From assembly GCA_951406725.2 (NCBI GenBank), contig OX597818.1, positions 23,994,001-24,058,000 on the forward strand: 64,000 nt of DNA. The letters are read 5' to 3'. Below are positions 1-12,977 of the stretch, in pieces. Below the pieces are notes generated by a model. The model saw only the letters and a list, made by a program, of their open reading frames with translations, was not told the origin of the DNA and did no database searches. Both the position numbers and the translations under genes were made by a program. This DNA is from Octopus vulgaris (Eukaryota). Position 1 is the first letter of the stretch. Every line of letters starts with the position of its first letter.

Positions 1-1042
1 TATAAAGAAGCATCAGCATCTTTCATTTCCAATCTTCTATGTCAACAGGCGAGGGCTGGTGATAGGATCTACTCATCCAATCCATGCAAATATGGAAGAG
101 AGGATATTAAAATGACAATGACGCTAATTTCTAAATTAAATGAGCACACATGCAAAACAAAAAACTATAAATCTTTCACTCTGTATCAACAATCTCATCA
201 AAGACATATAATTAGAGTTTTCAATGCCTGTGTGTAACAGATGTGCAGGTACAATAAACACTGACTTTCTCAAATGTCCAGAAAGATCCTTGGGTGATAG
301 CTTCCATTACCTAGGCAACTAAGTTAGCAGTGGAGAAGGATGCTCTAAGAGCTCAGAGAGCTGCTACTTTTGTTAGTAACAAAGTGCTTCTCCTACAGAG
401 TGAAAAATAGATTGTATGATGCCTGCCATGCTATATGGCAGTCAAACATGGTTGATGACTTCAGAAGACATGTGAAGGTTTGAAAAAAATGAAGCCGGTA
501 CGCTTTGCTGGATGTGCAATGTCAGTATGCAAGTATGATAGAGTGTAAGCACTTTATTTCATATTTTTATGCATCAGGCCATAATTATTGTTCAAATGGT
601 ATGAGTGCAAAGACTCACAGAGACAAACACACTTGATGGGTTTCTGTAACATCTCCAGCTATCAAATTTCACAGGGCATTGTTCAACCCAAGACCACAGT
701 AGAAGACACTTGCTTAAAGTGCTATGCAGTGGGATGGATGCCAAAAACCACACAACTGATAAGTGATCTTCTTAACACACAGCCTGCCTGCAGTAAAAAT
801 GATTTCAAAGTATTGCTGTAATATAATCACATCATTATATTGCAAAACATACTTCTCAAAATGAAAGATCATTTAAAGCAAATTAATGAAATAGATTGTT
901 TTGCTTGATCAAGGGTGGGAGGGCTAAGGAGATGTCTATTTGCAACTTCATAGCCACCTAAAAAAACAATTAATGAAAGCATAGTACATGCTACTAAGAT
1001 ATATTTGCTTGTGAGTAATGGTTAAGTTGGGAGATAACTTAC

Positions 1043-1177
1043 TTGACCTCGATGGAAATATATATCAACATTTTCTGGGTCAATGTTAATGGCTTCACTA
1101 TACATTTCCATAGCTTCTATAGCCATGCTTTGTTGACTGTAGCAACTAGCTTTCTTGATTAAAGCACTGACTTTCAC
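1043..1177 (-). CDS. TOMM70: TOMM70 exon 7 (gene continues beyond position 1)
   Basis: tttag|GTG...CAA|gtaag, 135 nt; VKVSALIKKAS...AINIDPENVDIYFHRGQ. Confidence 0.92.
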
Positions 1178-1227
1178 CTAAAACATAAAGAAAAGAAAAT
1201 AATAATAGGAAGCAACAGAATTAGTTA

Positions 1228-2524
1228 ATACAGTTCTATATTTAAGAGATGAGGAATTATGTACATTATATACAATTGCCTCATCTTGTTTGTTAACACG
1301 TTTCGGCTGATATACCCTCCAGCCTTCATCAGATGTCTTGGGGAAATTTCGAACCTGGGTTCTCATTCCTACGGTATTTTTTGATGTTGTTATTCTTATT
1401 ATTCAGGTCACTACCTGGAATCAAACTTGGAATCTTGGGGTTAGTAGCCCGTGCTCTTAACCACTACGCCATACCCCGTAGGCATTTATGGAGTGAATTT
1501 TAGGGCTTATAAATCTAATATTTTCCTATCCTTCCTTAATACCAGTTTCCATATGCTACTCATATCTGCACTTGGTCTGCTTAGGAGGTTGTTGTGTCCA
1601 AGCATATGTGCTGCATCTTTTAGTTTTCATATTTTCCAGTGGTGTTCTCTGTCTATTATTTTAACTTCATCCCACAGGGGAAGGTGGTCTCCATTTTTCC
1701 ATACATGATCAGCTATACCCGATTTATCAATATCTCCCTATGTCACAGCTTTGCAATGTTCCTCTACCCTTATTTTGAGGGGGCAGCATGTTTCGCCTTT
1801 GTATAACCTACAACAGCTGCATGGGATGGAGTACACACAGTTCTTAGTCATATTCTCTTGTATTGGTGGTTTTACTTGAAGGAGACATTTGCGAAGTGTT
1901 GTATTACTTTTGAATACTGTCTTGATGTCATATGGGTTGCATATCTTTTGTATCTTTTTGGAGAGGCCTTTCGCATAGGGTAGACAGACTGTGAACAGTT
2001 TATCGGTTTCATCCTCTCTTTTCTTCATAATTGGAGTGGAGAGTAGAGGAACATCGCAAAGCTGTGACATGTGGAGATATTGATAAATCGGGTATAGCTG
2101 ATAATGTATGGAAAAATGGAGACCACCTCCCCCTGTGGGATGAAGTTACCACTGGAAAATACGGAAACTAAAAGAAGCAGCACATATGTCAGGACACAAC
2201 ATCCTCCTAAGCAGACCAAGTGCAGCTATGAACAGCATATGGGAACCGCTATTAAGGAAGGATAGGAGAATATTAGATTTATAAGCCCTAAAATTCACTC
2301 CATAATTGCCCACAGGCATATGGCAGAGTGGTTAGGAATTCGGGCTACTAAGCCCAAGATTCCAAGTTTGATTCCAGGCAGTGACCTGAATAATAACAAC
2401 ATCAAAAAATACCTCAGGAATAAGAACCTAGGTTCAAAATTTCCCCAAGACACCTGATGAAGGCTGGAGGGTATATCAGCTGAAACATGTTAGCAACAAA
2501 CAAGATGAGGACAAATATCGTCGT
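1228..2524 (-). mobile_element. Penelope-like retroelement (GIY-YIG fragment) with inverted pseudo-LTRs
   Basis: ORF 1738-2070 (LPYAKGLS...CVYSIPCSC..YKGET...RVEEH). Arms ~1279-1768 and ~2043-2510 are inverted. Direct repeat acagaattagtta at 1215-1227 and 2525-2537. Confidence 0.85.
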
Positions 2525-2654
2525 ACAGAATTAGTTATTTATGTCAACTGACATATTTTATCATATATTTAAAATTTTAAATAAAAACCTTTAAAATACT
2601 TCTGTCTAAAAAATCTAAAACAGATAAAGAATGTTGTGATTATGAAACACTTAC

Positions 2655-2865
2655 ATTTTTATTAACATTTTCACTTAGAATTAAATCCTCAAAGTCAGTT
2701 ATGGCATCAGTAAAAGCACCCATATAAAAGTGAGCAGTTCCTCGTAGCAATCTTGCTTTGTTTATATAGGGGGAGTCAGGTTGATCCATTTCTTTTGAAC
2801 ATAAATCAATGATATTATCACACTGACATTTAGAAAATTGTTTGCAAGCCTCTATAAAGGGTGAA
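2655..2865 (-). CDS. TOMM70: TOMM70 exon 6
   Basis: ttcag|T...AAT|gtaag, 211 nt; IIDLCSKEM...ARLLRGTAHFYMG...AITDF. Confidence 0.92.
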
Positions 2866-3328
2866 CTGAAAATAAAATAAAATTTGTAAATGTTATAGAA
2901 TATCATAAAAGAAGAGCAAAGCATGGCATTAAATCTTGAATGAACACTTACAAAACTTAATGGGTATCTGGCCCTGAATTACTCCTTCACAGATTAAAGC
3001 TATAGGGTGAAGAGAGCAGAACCTTGTGGATAATTATCAAAATGTTCTCATTCAGCATATCATCAATCCTGACCTCCATATTGAGAATTTCTGTAGCTAA
3101 ACGCTTCAACAGTACTCACATCCAGCAATCAATGTTTATCTTTTACTAGGTTAGACATGTACAAATTGTTGCGTTACATAGACATCAGTGGTTCTAGAAT
3201 TTGATGCAAATGTCATCAATTTCAGCTCATAACTGTCACTGTACAACTTACAATATATGATCCACTAGATCATGACCACTGTAATACCTGTTTAATGCAC
3301 TGCCCCTGAAACATCATCTTCCTATTTT

Positions 3329-3940
3329 ACAGTGTGAAAAAGTGCCACACCCTAGCGGTTGAGGGAACCTGTGGAAGAGGTAGACCCAGGAAAACCTGGG
3401 ACGAGGTGGTGAAGCACGGCCTTCGAACATTAGGTCTCACCGAGGCAATGACTAGTGACCGAGACCTTTGGAAGTATGCTATGCGTGAGAAGACCCGGCA
3501 GGACAAGTGAGACCATAACCCGTGGCCTCTACCTGGGATGTAGCCAGTCCGCTTTATGCATAATTTTCCTTCTTGGGACACAAAACTCTACTTGCGAAGA
3601 CCTGTCGAGGCAAGTGAAATCGAAATCGATCAAAATCAATGGAAATTGTAGTTGTGATACCAGTGCCGGTGGCACGAAAGAGAACCATCCGAATGTGGCC
3701 ATTGCCAGCACCGCCCTGACTGGCCTCCGTGCCATTGGCACGTAAAAAGCACCAACTGATCGTGGCCGTTGCCAGCCTCGTCTGGGACCTGTGCCGGTGG
3801 CATGTAAAAAGCACCCAACTGTAGAAACACTGCCAGATCAAACAGGGCCTGCTACAGCCTCCTGGTTTCCCAGACCCCAGTTGAACCGTGCAACCCATGC
3901 TAGCATGGAAAGCGGACGTTAAACGATTATGATGATGATG
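3329..3940 (+). mobile_element. RTE LINE 3' fragment (same family as 59171-61642)
   Basis: ggaagaggtagacccaggaaaacctggg...(atg)n tail. Confidence 0.88.
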
Positions 3941-4729
3941 ATATATATATATATATATATCCTGTGATTGATCAGACTATTGGATGTTATAAAAATATTG
4001 CTGGCCACAATGTGCTTGCATCATTTTAGCTTTTGAATGATGCCACCCTACTAGCTAGACAAGCAGGTCAATATATATATGTATATATCATCATCATCGT
4101 TTAACTTCTGTTTGCCATGCTAGCATGGGTTGGCAGTTTAACTGAGGTCTGGAAAGCCAGCAGCAGCACCAGGCTCCAATCTGATCTGGCAATGCTTCTA
4201 CAGCTGGATGCCATTCCTAACGCCAACCACTCAGAGTGTAGGGGGTGCTTTTTACTTGTCACAGGCACAGGAGCCAGTCAGGCCTGGTGCAAAAAGGTAA
4301 AATAAACTCAAAAATACGAATATATGTATGTATTTATTAATATTTAGCAAAAGCAACAGAATGACTCAAGGTCCAAGAGTTTTGTGCACTGGCATTTATG
4401 TGCCACTGCACATAACTCTTGGACCTTGAGTCACTCTGTTGCTTCTGCTAAATGTGTGTGTGTGTATATATATACACACACACACACACACATATATATA
4501 CACATACATACATATATATATGCATGCATACATACACATATATGCTGAAAATATGCTTTTTTGCATATTGGACTTATCTATAAGGAAATAAATTAAAGAG
4601 GAAAATAAAATTGATAGAAAACAAGTTAATCGCAAGTGAAACATTCAGTGAAATTAAGGAATTAATGATAACACAAGTACTAAAGATAAAGTAGAAGACT
4701 TAAGATCAAATAAAATAAAATGTAGATAC

Positions 4730-4833
4730 CTTTCAAGAATTTTTGAAGTGTCAAAATTGAAAATTGGATCATTCCGGAACATATCTCTAAAAACTTTCAT
4801 GAAAGTCTTTGACGGTAGAGAAGGTTTACGAGA
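4730..4833 (-). CDS. TOMM70: TOMM70 exon 5
   Basis: tgtag|TCT...AG|gtatc, 104 nt; SRKPSLPSKTFMKVFRDMFRNDPI resembles the Tom70 REP-MPS-QFI-SY-SF-DDI motif. Confidence 0.9.
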
Positions 4834-5835
4834 CTACAAAAAGCAAACAAGTACACTGTATCAGACAGAATATTTACTTTGCCAAAGATAACCTCATTTC
4901 AAAATTTAAGAAAGATTAATTTATTTTTAACTCAGGAAATGAAAATAAAATTTTCCACTTTAACCATAAAATTTAATGTTTCAGAAATTTAACAGGAATT
5001 TCTAAGGTATTCATTGGCTGATTCTACTTCCATAAATAACATTTCAGTATATAAATAGCAATTTGTAAGTTACATATAAGGTACACTGACAGATAAATAT
5101 GCTTGTGTAGAAGCAGAAAACACCTATATCAAATGAGCTCTTCAGATTTCTTTTGCATTTGATCTATAAAAGTGAAGTGGGAACAACTCAAGTGTAACAG
5201 AGAAACTCACAAAAAGGGCCGAGATTAACAAGAATTTTACAGTATGGATAGCTGTTTGTCAGTTATTCAAAGTCCCATTTTTGTCAACCTTAAAAGCCAA
5301 ATAAGATTGGAAACTTTATACACAAATAGCTAGCTTCTTCAAGACATCAAGGATATCTCACAATGAAAGTAACACCACAAAGGGGATAAATGTATCCGAT
5401 GTACATAGGAAATCAATTCTAAAGTAGACTTATAGCTGAAATATGAGTTGAGTAATATTTGTTTAATAGGAATTTGACAAATACTGTTAGTGAACAGAGA
5501 AACCAGCAAGAATATTAAAAGTTGTATGCATTGTGTAAAAGACTTCACTGGTTTAGATAAGAGTGAAGATATACGTTAATGCATATAGTGATATAGCTAC
5601 AAGTAGCTAGGGTTCATAAATGAATTACCAAAAAGCAATGGTCCTTCTCATTCTGTTCTGAAGAGGGTGGATAAAAACATAATATACCATCTTGATATTA
5701 TTGTGCCTTATTTTGTCAGAGCTAGGAAAGGCAGCTACTAAATGTTTTTTTAAAAATTAAATCAAGGAACACTTATAATTTATTTATAAAAAAATGTTTT
5801 ACAAAGAATCATACATGTATGAGAGAGAGAGAGAG

Positions 5836-5874
<39 letters not shown>

Positions 5875-6068
5875 GCGTGCGTGCATGCATGCACACATAT
5901 GTACAATTTTAACTGATGGAGTATCAATATGTTCAACAACTAAGTGTTTACTAATCTTAGAAAACTATTAACATATTTATTTTCTGCTTTCCATCATAAA
6001 ATCCAGTTTTGATATAATTAGTAATAAATATCCAGATTGCATAAAAAAATAAAAACAAGCAAACTTAC

Positions 6069-6178
6069 AGCCATTTCAACTTTAGCTTTCTGCTTTCCCA
6101 TATCTCGCAGAACTCTTTCAGAAAATTTGACTGTGTTTACATTTGAAAAATTTTCCAACATGCACAACAATGTTAAAT
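6069..6178 (-). CDS. TOMM70: TOMM70 exon 4
   Basis: tttcag|AT...GCT|gtaag, 110 nt, phase 1 to 0; DLTLLCMLENFSN...ERVLRDMGKQKAK. Confidence 0.92.
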
Positions 6179-7422
6179 CTGAAAATGGAAACAGAAGTAG
6201 AAAGCTTTTTAAATAGCTGGAGATTGTAATAAATAATTAACATATAAACAGTATAGATTAAAATGATGCAATGAGATTCACAGGCACCCACTACACTCTT
6301 GGAGTGGTTGGTGTTAGAAAGAGCAACCAGCCTGGAGTCTGGTACAGCTCTCCAGCTTACTAGTTCCAGTCAAACTGTCTAACCCATGCCAGCATGGAAA
6401 ATGGATGCTAAATGATGATAAATTTTGTTGGTTTATGAGAGAGCGAGAGCAAACTAGCATGCAAAATGTGTATAAAATCAAAATGGCTGAGTAGATAAGA
6501 TATTAGACTAACACTTTACATTAAACCTCTATGTTTTGTGGTGTATTTGGAAAGTATGCTTAATTCTATGTGCTCCAGTTCTATTTGTTATGATTAGCTA
6601 CTAAAAATACTCTTTTCCACTCTAGGCACAAGGCCCAAAATTTTTTGAGAGGAGGCCAGTTAATTAGATTGACCCCACTACACAACTGGTACTTAATTTA
6701 TTGACCCCAAAAGGATGAAAGGCAAAGTCAACCTTGGCGGAATTTGAACTCAGAACGGTAAAGACAGATGAAATACTGCCAAGCATTTTGCTTGGCGTGC
6801 TAACAATTCTGCCAGCTCGCCGCTAAAAAATATTAATGACAAACTGGTATCCTGTTAAAGGTGATATTTATCTTCCATTTACTTAACTCCATAAAACAGC
6901 AGCTAAGTGATGATCATTTAAAATATTTTGGGGATTTTGAAGACATTTTATTTTATAGTAAGTGCAGGCATGTCAGCATGATTGTAAAGTTTGCTTTCCA
7001 ACTTAACGAGCTCAGGTTCAGTCCCATTCTGTGGCACATTAGGCAAGTGTTCTACTATACCTTTGGACTGACCAAAGCCTTGTGAGTGAGTTTGTGTATG
7101 TTTATGTCTCCTTGTCTTGACATCATACAATTGCTGTAAATGAATATCATTCACTTTCAATATTCTACAAAAATATTTCTGACCATGGGGAAATATTACT
7201 TCGCATGAAAATAGGTGTTGGCAACAAGGGCGTCTGGCTGTAGAAAATCTGCTTCAATAAGGTCCTTCAGATCCATGCAAGCATGGAAAAGTGAACATAT
7301 ATTAGATTGAACAGGACACCATCCAAAACTGATGAAGCTTACGACAAGCATTTAAATATGTTATGATGAAAATGGTAGAAGCATGGTTGATAGTGACAAT
7401 GATATGGTTCAGTTATTCTTAC

Positions 7423-7549
7423 CTTCTAAAGCAATTTTCAAGTTGCCCGTCTGGTCAGCAGATTTGGCTCGGCGAGTTAAAGCTTTCATATATTTAGGAT
7501 TTAACTCCAAAGCTTTGGAACAATCGCTAATCACTTGTTGGTGGTTCTC
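7423..7549 (-). CDS. TOMM70: TOMM70 exon 3
   Basis: ctgtag|GAG...GAAG|gtaag, 127 nt; ENHQQVISDCSKALELNPKYMKALTRRAKS...ALE. Confidence 0.93.
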
Positions 7550-9924
7550 CTACAGAAATCAAAAGTAAAATTACTCAGGTGAAAAAAAAAATGTCATTAT
7601 GCGAATGCTTAATACATTGATGCATCCAAGATGAAAAAGAGGTGAATAAACAATGGATGGGACTGAAAGTGATTAAATCAAATCTGATAAGAATTCATTG
7701 ATAAAGCATCAAAAAAGGTATGAAAAGATGCCATATGCAACCTGCCCTTGTTTAATCTTGCTGGCATAGAAAATTGAATGGCTTGCTGATACTGATTAAT
7801 AAGAATAATTACTATTAATTACCATTTACTAACTATGGATGGCAGTACACAACTCAGATTCATGAGAATGTTTACAAGACAGCAGAGAGAAGAAATAAGA
7901 ACAATGTGTTTTACCCTGGACCATAATACATAATACTTGAATATTATCAGGAAGCATCAATATTGCTTGAGAGAGATTGTATGCCTTTTAAATGTGTCAA
8001 AAATATTGTTATCACTAGCGAAAAGGTGAAGAGAATATCCTAACAAGCATGTGTTATGAATAGTTTTGTATTGCAATGAAATATTATCAATCATTCTTAT
8101 ACCTGTGTTATCATTCTTATACCTGTGTTTGAAAAGCTGGCAGGAGTTGGATCCATATTTAATAGTTCAATATACTGCAGATGATTAAATATCTTAATTT
8201 CAACAACTAAGTGAGCACTAAACAACCAATGATTCCAACCACAGATTAATTACTGGACTTGAAAAGAATTTTATTTACTATCATCCCTAGGAGTGGGAAT
8301 ATTTTCAAGAATTGAATGGAGAGGGATTGTGAGAACGGGAAATAAACTAGTTACTCAATGAGGTAACCATTAGAAAAGGCATAAATGTAATGTTTTTAGT
8401 GATACTTCGGATCTGTTTAGATTTGTAAATCTCTATATAAAAAAAATCTGCTAATATTAAATGAACAATTGTTTCACTTTGATATCCAGTCATTCTTACA
8501 GTTACAGAAAAGTGACTGAATAATTAAATTATATTTTCATTGCTTTACACCCATTTTCTGAATTACTAAAATGTGGATTACTATTATTTGTTTTATTTTA
8601 TGAATTTGATTATTTGCATACTTGAAGTGCAAATTCAAAGAACTGTTAATCCTGCAGGCAACAAAGAGGTTCTCTCTCCATGCAAAGAGCAGACTGTAAG
8701 ACATGCATGAAGAGCATAAAACAGAGTAATGAAACAGGGGTGATTAGTGCAGAAGATTTGCAACAATCGAGGAGAAAAGAAGCCATTTACAAGAAAGATT
8801 AAATACATTAAGTAATCAACAAAAAAATCAAATAAGTTTTAAAATTTTCTTTTTTACTGAGAAAACAAATGCCTCATGTAAAAGAAATGGGTATAGTCAA
8901 CTGAAAAACGCCAGTGTATTATGAGAACTTATTTATCAAAGCAAAAATTATATTGGCAATGAATTTAATACCATGAGGAAAATCTAATTATAAACAAAAT
9001 AATGGTTTCAAATTTTGCCACAAGGGTAGTAATTTTGGGGGATGACCCGTGTTCAACTGGTACTTATTTTATTTACCCCAAAAGGATGAAAGGCACAGTC
9101 GACCTCGGTGGAATTTGAACTCAGAACGCAGTGCCGGGCGAAATACTGCTAAGCATTTCATCTAGCGCACTAATGATTTTGCCAGCTTGCCAGTGTGCCA
9201 ACGATTCTGCCAGCATGCTGCCTTAATTATAAACAAAATAATACTAGATAGAAATGTGTAGAGAAAATTACAAAAAATTACCCAAACAATGCTAACATGA
9301 AAATAAAGAGTAAGAGCTTTGAAATTATGTCAATGATAATAGCTCCAACACAACTGATAGCAAATCTTCTTAATCCTAAAAGTACACCAGGTTTTTCATC
9401 TACTGATAAATGTCTGGCTTGTTGTACAAATACATGCAACATGTACAATCCAGACATAGATATGATAAATGTACAACTAGAGGCCCAGTAGATGTAACAA
9501 AATATGCAGTACAGAAGGAACAAACATTAAAACTTCTAAAGTGAAGGTTGGTATCTCTACAATGGCAGACTAGGAGAAAGTACATAATTAAAAACAATGA
9601 ATCTTAGTTGATACACAGTTCTCATGATCCAATGTTTAAGGTTAGCAGTTAATAGATTATGAGTTTATATTTACTTTTGTTTTACTTTGAAATAGGTATC
9701 TAATTTTACAAGTTTGGGTCACCTACCAATGGGGAAAAAGTACTACAGTTGCAGCTGAAGTGATATTATTAGTAGTATTAAGGTGACAAGCTGGCAGAAT
9801 TGTTAGAACACCAGACAAATCATTTAACAGCATTTTGTCTGTCTTACATTCTGAGTTCTTACTGGATAATCCTTTTCAGTCTATCATTTCAAATCCTTGT
9901 ATAGTTTAAATGATAATTACTCAT

Positions 9925-10898
9925 TTGGCAACTGTAAATTTCCTCATGTGCAAGCGTCTCAATGCTTGCACCTGTCCAGAATTTATTACATTATCCTTGA
10001 ATGTGAAAATCCAATAAAATTCTTCTAAACATGAGTCACATTTATTGGTTCCAGATCTGTATGGTTTTGCTGTAGAAATTAACTCCTATTTAATCGTATA
10101 ATCCTTGTCGCAGTCCTTGAAAGACCAAATTAATTTGCTAAGACTTGTTTGGAACCTTTTATTTTTGTCCTTAAATGAACTCAAATGATTTGCCAGTCTC
10201 CTCTTGAAAATTAATGATGTCCCGCTGATGTAAAGGAATTCCTTAGCCTCAGATGTAACTATACATCTATATATTACATTTATAGTTTTACACATATTTT
10301 TCACATAAGAGGATTCCTGTTTAGAACAATTGCAAAGACAGCCTTTTATATTTATGTCAAATTTAGTTTCAATTTGATCATTGATTGTAGAATCAAATTC
10401 GTTTTTACCAAGTTCTCTATTACTATTTACTCCTTTAGAAAACATCATCTTTGTTTTATTTCTAGCTGAACTTCTATTTGATTTGACATTATTTACGTTA
10501 AATTTGGTTGTTTCCCTCCCCATGATATTTAATTTCTTAGCGTCCCCTTCTATTTGAGTTTCTTTATTCATTTTGACGTTATTATGCTTTGAATTTACCA
10601 CGCTATTCTAACTGTAATCACTTTTATGAAATTTCAGTATTATGAGTCGCTATAATTTGTGCAATATTATGATTAAGACAATGGTCCAATCTAATCTTAT
10701 GTTGATTAAAAATTTTGTAATATCTGTGGTTTCTTGGAAAGTATTTTTGAATTGCTGTATTAAACAATTTGGAAAAATTGTAATTGGCCTGTTTACCAAA
10801 TGGAACAATTAACCATTAAGTATTCTTCAAGTTAAGATCATAATTTTGATGGTTATACCCATTTTTCAAAGGAGTAAGTCTTCTTTGATTTTGATCCA
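9925..10898 (-). mobile_element. Decayed Penelope-like element (GIY-YIG endonuclease region)
   Basis: CLCNC...NVIYRCIV...LYISGT..FKRRLANHLSSF...TSLSKLIW, then after a stop AKPY....CDSCLEE. Confidence 0.8.
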
Positions 10899-10916
10899 TA
10901 TATATATACACACTCA

Positions 10917-11731
10917 GACCCAGGAAAACCTGGGACGAGGTGGTGAAGCACGACCTTCGAACTTTAGGTCTCACTGAGGAAATGACTAGAGACCGAGTCC
11001 TCTGGAAGTGTGCTGTGCGCGGGAAGACCCGGCAGGACAAGTGAGTCCATAACCCGTGGCCTTCTACTTGGGATGGAGCCAGCCTACGTATGCATACCTT
11101 CCCTTCTTGGGACACAAAACTCTACTTGTGAAGACCTGTTGAGGCAAGTGAGGATCAGAATTGAAATCGATCAATGGAAATTGCAGATGTGTTACCAGTG
11201 CCATGTCGAAACTCTACTTGTGAAGACCCGTTGAGGCAAGTGAGGATCAGAATGGAAATCGATCAATGGAAATATGCTGATGTGTTACCAGTGCCGGTGG
11301 CATGTCGAAACTCTACTTGTGAAGACCCGTTGAGGCAAGTGAGGATCAGAATGGAAATCGATCAATGGAAATTGCAGATGTGTTACCAGTGCCGGTGGCA
11401 TGTAAGAGAACCTTCCGTTTCGCGACCGTTGCCAGCACCGCCCCGTTTCGTGTCCGTTGCCAGCCTCGCCTGGCTTGTGCCGGTGGCACATAAAAAGCAC
11501 CATCTGTTCGTGGCCGTTTGCCAGCTCTGTCTGGCACCTGTGCGGGTGGCACGTAAAAAGCACCCACTACGCTCACGGAGTGGTTGGCGTTAGGAAGGGC
11601 ATCCAGCCATAGAAACACTGCCAGATTTGACTGGGCCTGATGAAGCCTTCTGGCTTCACAGACCCCAGTAGAACCGTCCAACCCATGCTAGCATGGAAAA
11701 CGGACGCTAAACGACGATGATGATGATGATG
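10917..11731 (+). mobile_element. RTE LINE 3' fragment with internal triplication
   Basis: Same family; three ~91-99-bp tandem copies at 11118-11400. Confidence 0.88.
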
Positions 11732-12942
11732 ACACACATAAAAAATACAAAATGGGACAAGAATGCAAAACATCCAGACAGCTAGGTGATACAAAAAGGG
11801 ACAACAAAACATATATTTACATGCGTGTATGTGATTATATGGACCCAGTACTTTGCTTGGTATTTAGTTTATTGGTCTCACAAGGATGAATTATAAAAGT
11901 GGATTTTAGTGAAAAATGATATGGTTCAGTTGGATGTCAATACTATTCATTATACAAGCACCCCCACCCCCTATGTCACAGCTACCTCAGGTTATCGGAT
12001 TTTGTGCTTATGGAAATTATAAAGCATAATTGCTAATTTCAGGATACAGCATGTAATTTTGTTGTTAAGAATAAATTTTGAGAATTTAAAAAATTACACT
12101 TCTCAGTAATTTACCAAAGTCAAAGAGTTAACAATTTAAAAAAAACTGTAATTATGTTACATACATATTGTGTGAGTAGGTGTATGTGCATATACAAGTG
12201 TTTGTAAATATTTATGTAGTGATACAAGTAACCTGGTAATAAAAGTGAATATACATATGCTTTATTCTAAAGCATTAGGCAAGTACAGAGTGTAATATGA
12301 AATTAGATATGTGATAAGGGAACAGGAAATATTAGGTTGGCAAGAAAGTAATTTTGGTTTGTGTGAAATAAAAGTAATTTTTTTTCATACAAACAACGAA
12401 TTTTAATCTATTATATATTCTCCATTTTGTTCAATAACCTTTTGCATAAATAATCAACTTCAATAGCTTACATCTGTTTCTGCTATAAGATGCAGTGCAC
12501 AAAGAGCAGAGTGCTTGTGTGTTACTTTACATACAAATCAACTTTCCCTACCCACACAGCCAGCACCAAAACCAAAACAACCACTGCTACTACCAACCTA
12601 CCAATACCTTAATGACCAACAATGATACAAACAATAGTACAAACAGTATAAGCAACTCTGTAAAGAAAAAGAAAAAGCACCCAGTCCACACAGTAAAGTG
12701 GTTCGCATTTAGAAAGGCATCCTGCTGTAAAACCCATGCCAAAACTGACCTTGCCCGTGTGAGTGCCACGTAAAAAGCACTCAGCCAACTCTGAAGAGTG
12801 GTTGGAGTTAGAAAGGGCATCCAGCAGTAAAAACCATGCCAAAAACAGACACAGAAGCATGATGCAGACTCCTGCTTGGCCTGCTCCTGTCAAAGCATCC
12901 AATCCATGCTAGCATGGAAGGAGAACATTAAATAATTATGTG

Positions 12943-12977
<35 letters not shown>

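Noticed and set aside
853-957. Apparent AG/GT-bounded TOMM70 exon 8
   Set aside because: The required frame contains a stop and shows no TPR similarity.
2316-2386. tRNA gene
   Set aside because: There is no proper acceptor stem, and it is part of a repeated pLTR. Other A/B-box segments are SINE heads.
8090-8129. Short tandem duplications (20 bp here, 33 bp near 49235-49300, ~55 bp near 44630-44820)
   Set aside because: Ordinary slippage duplications.
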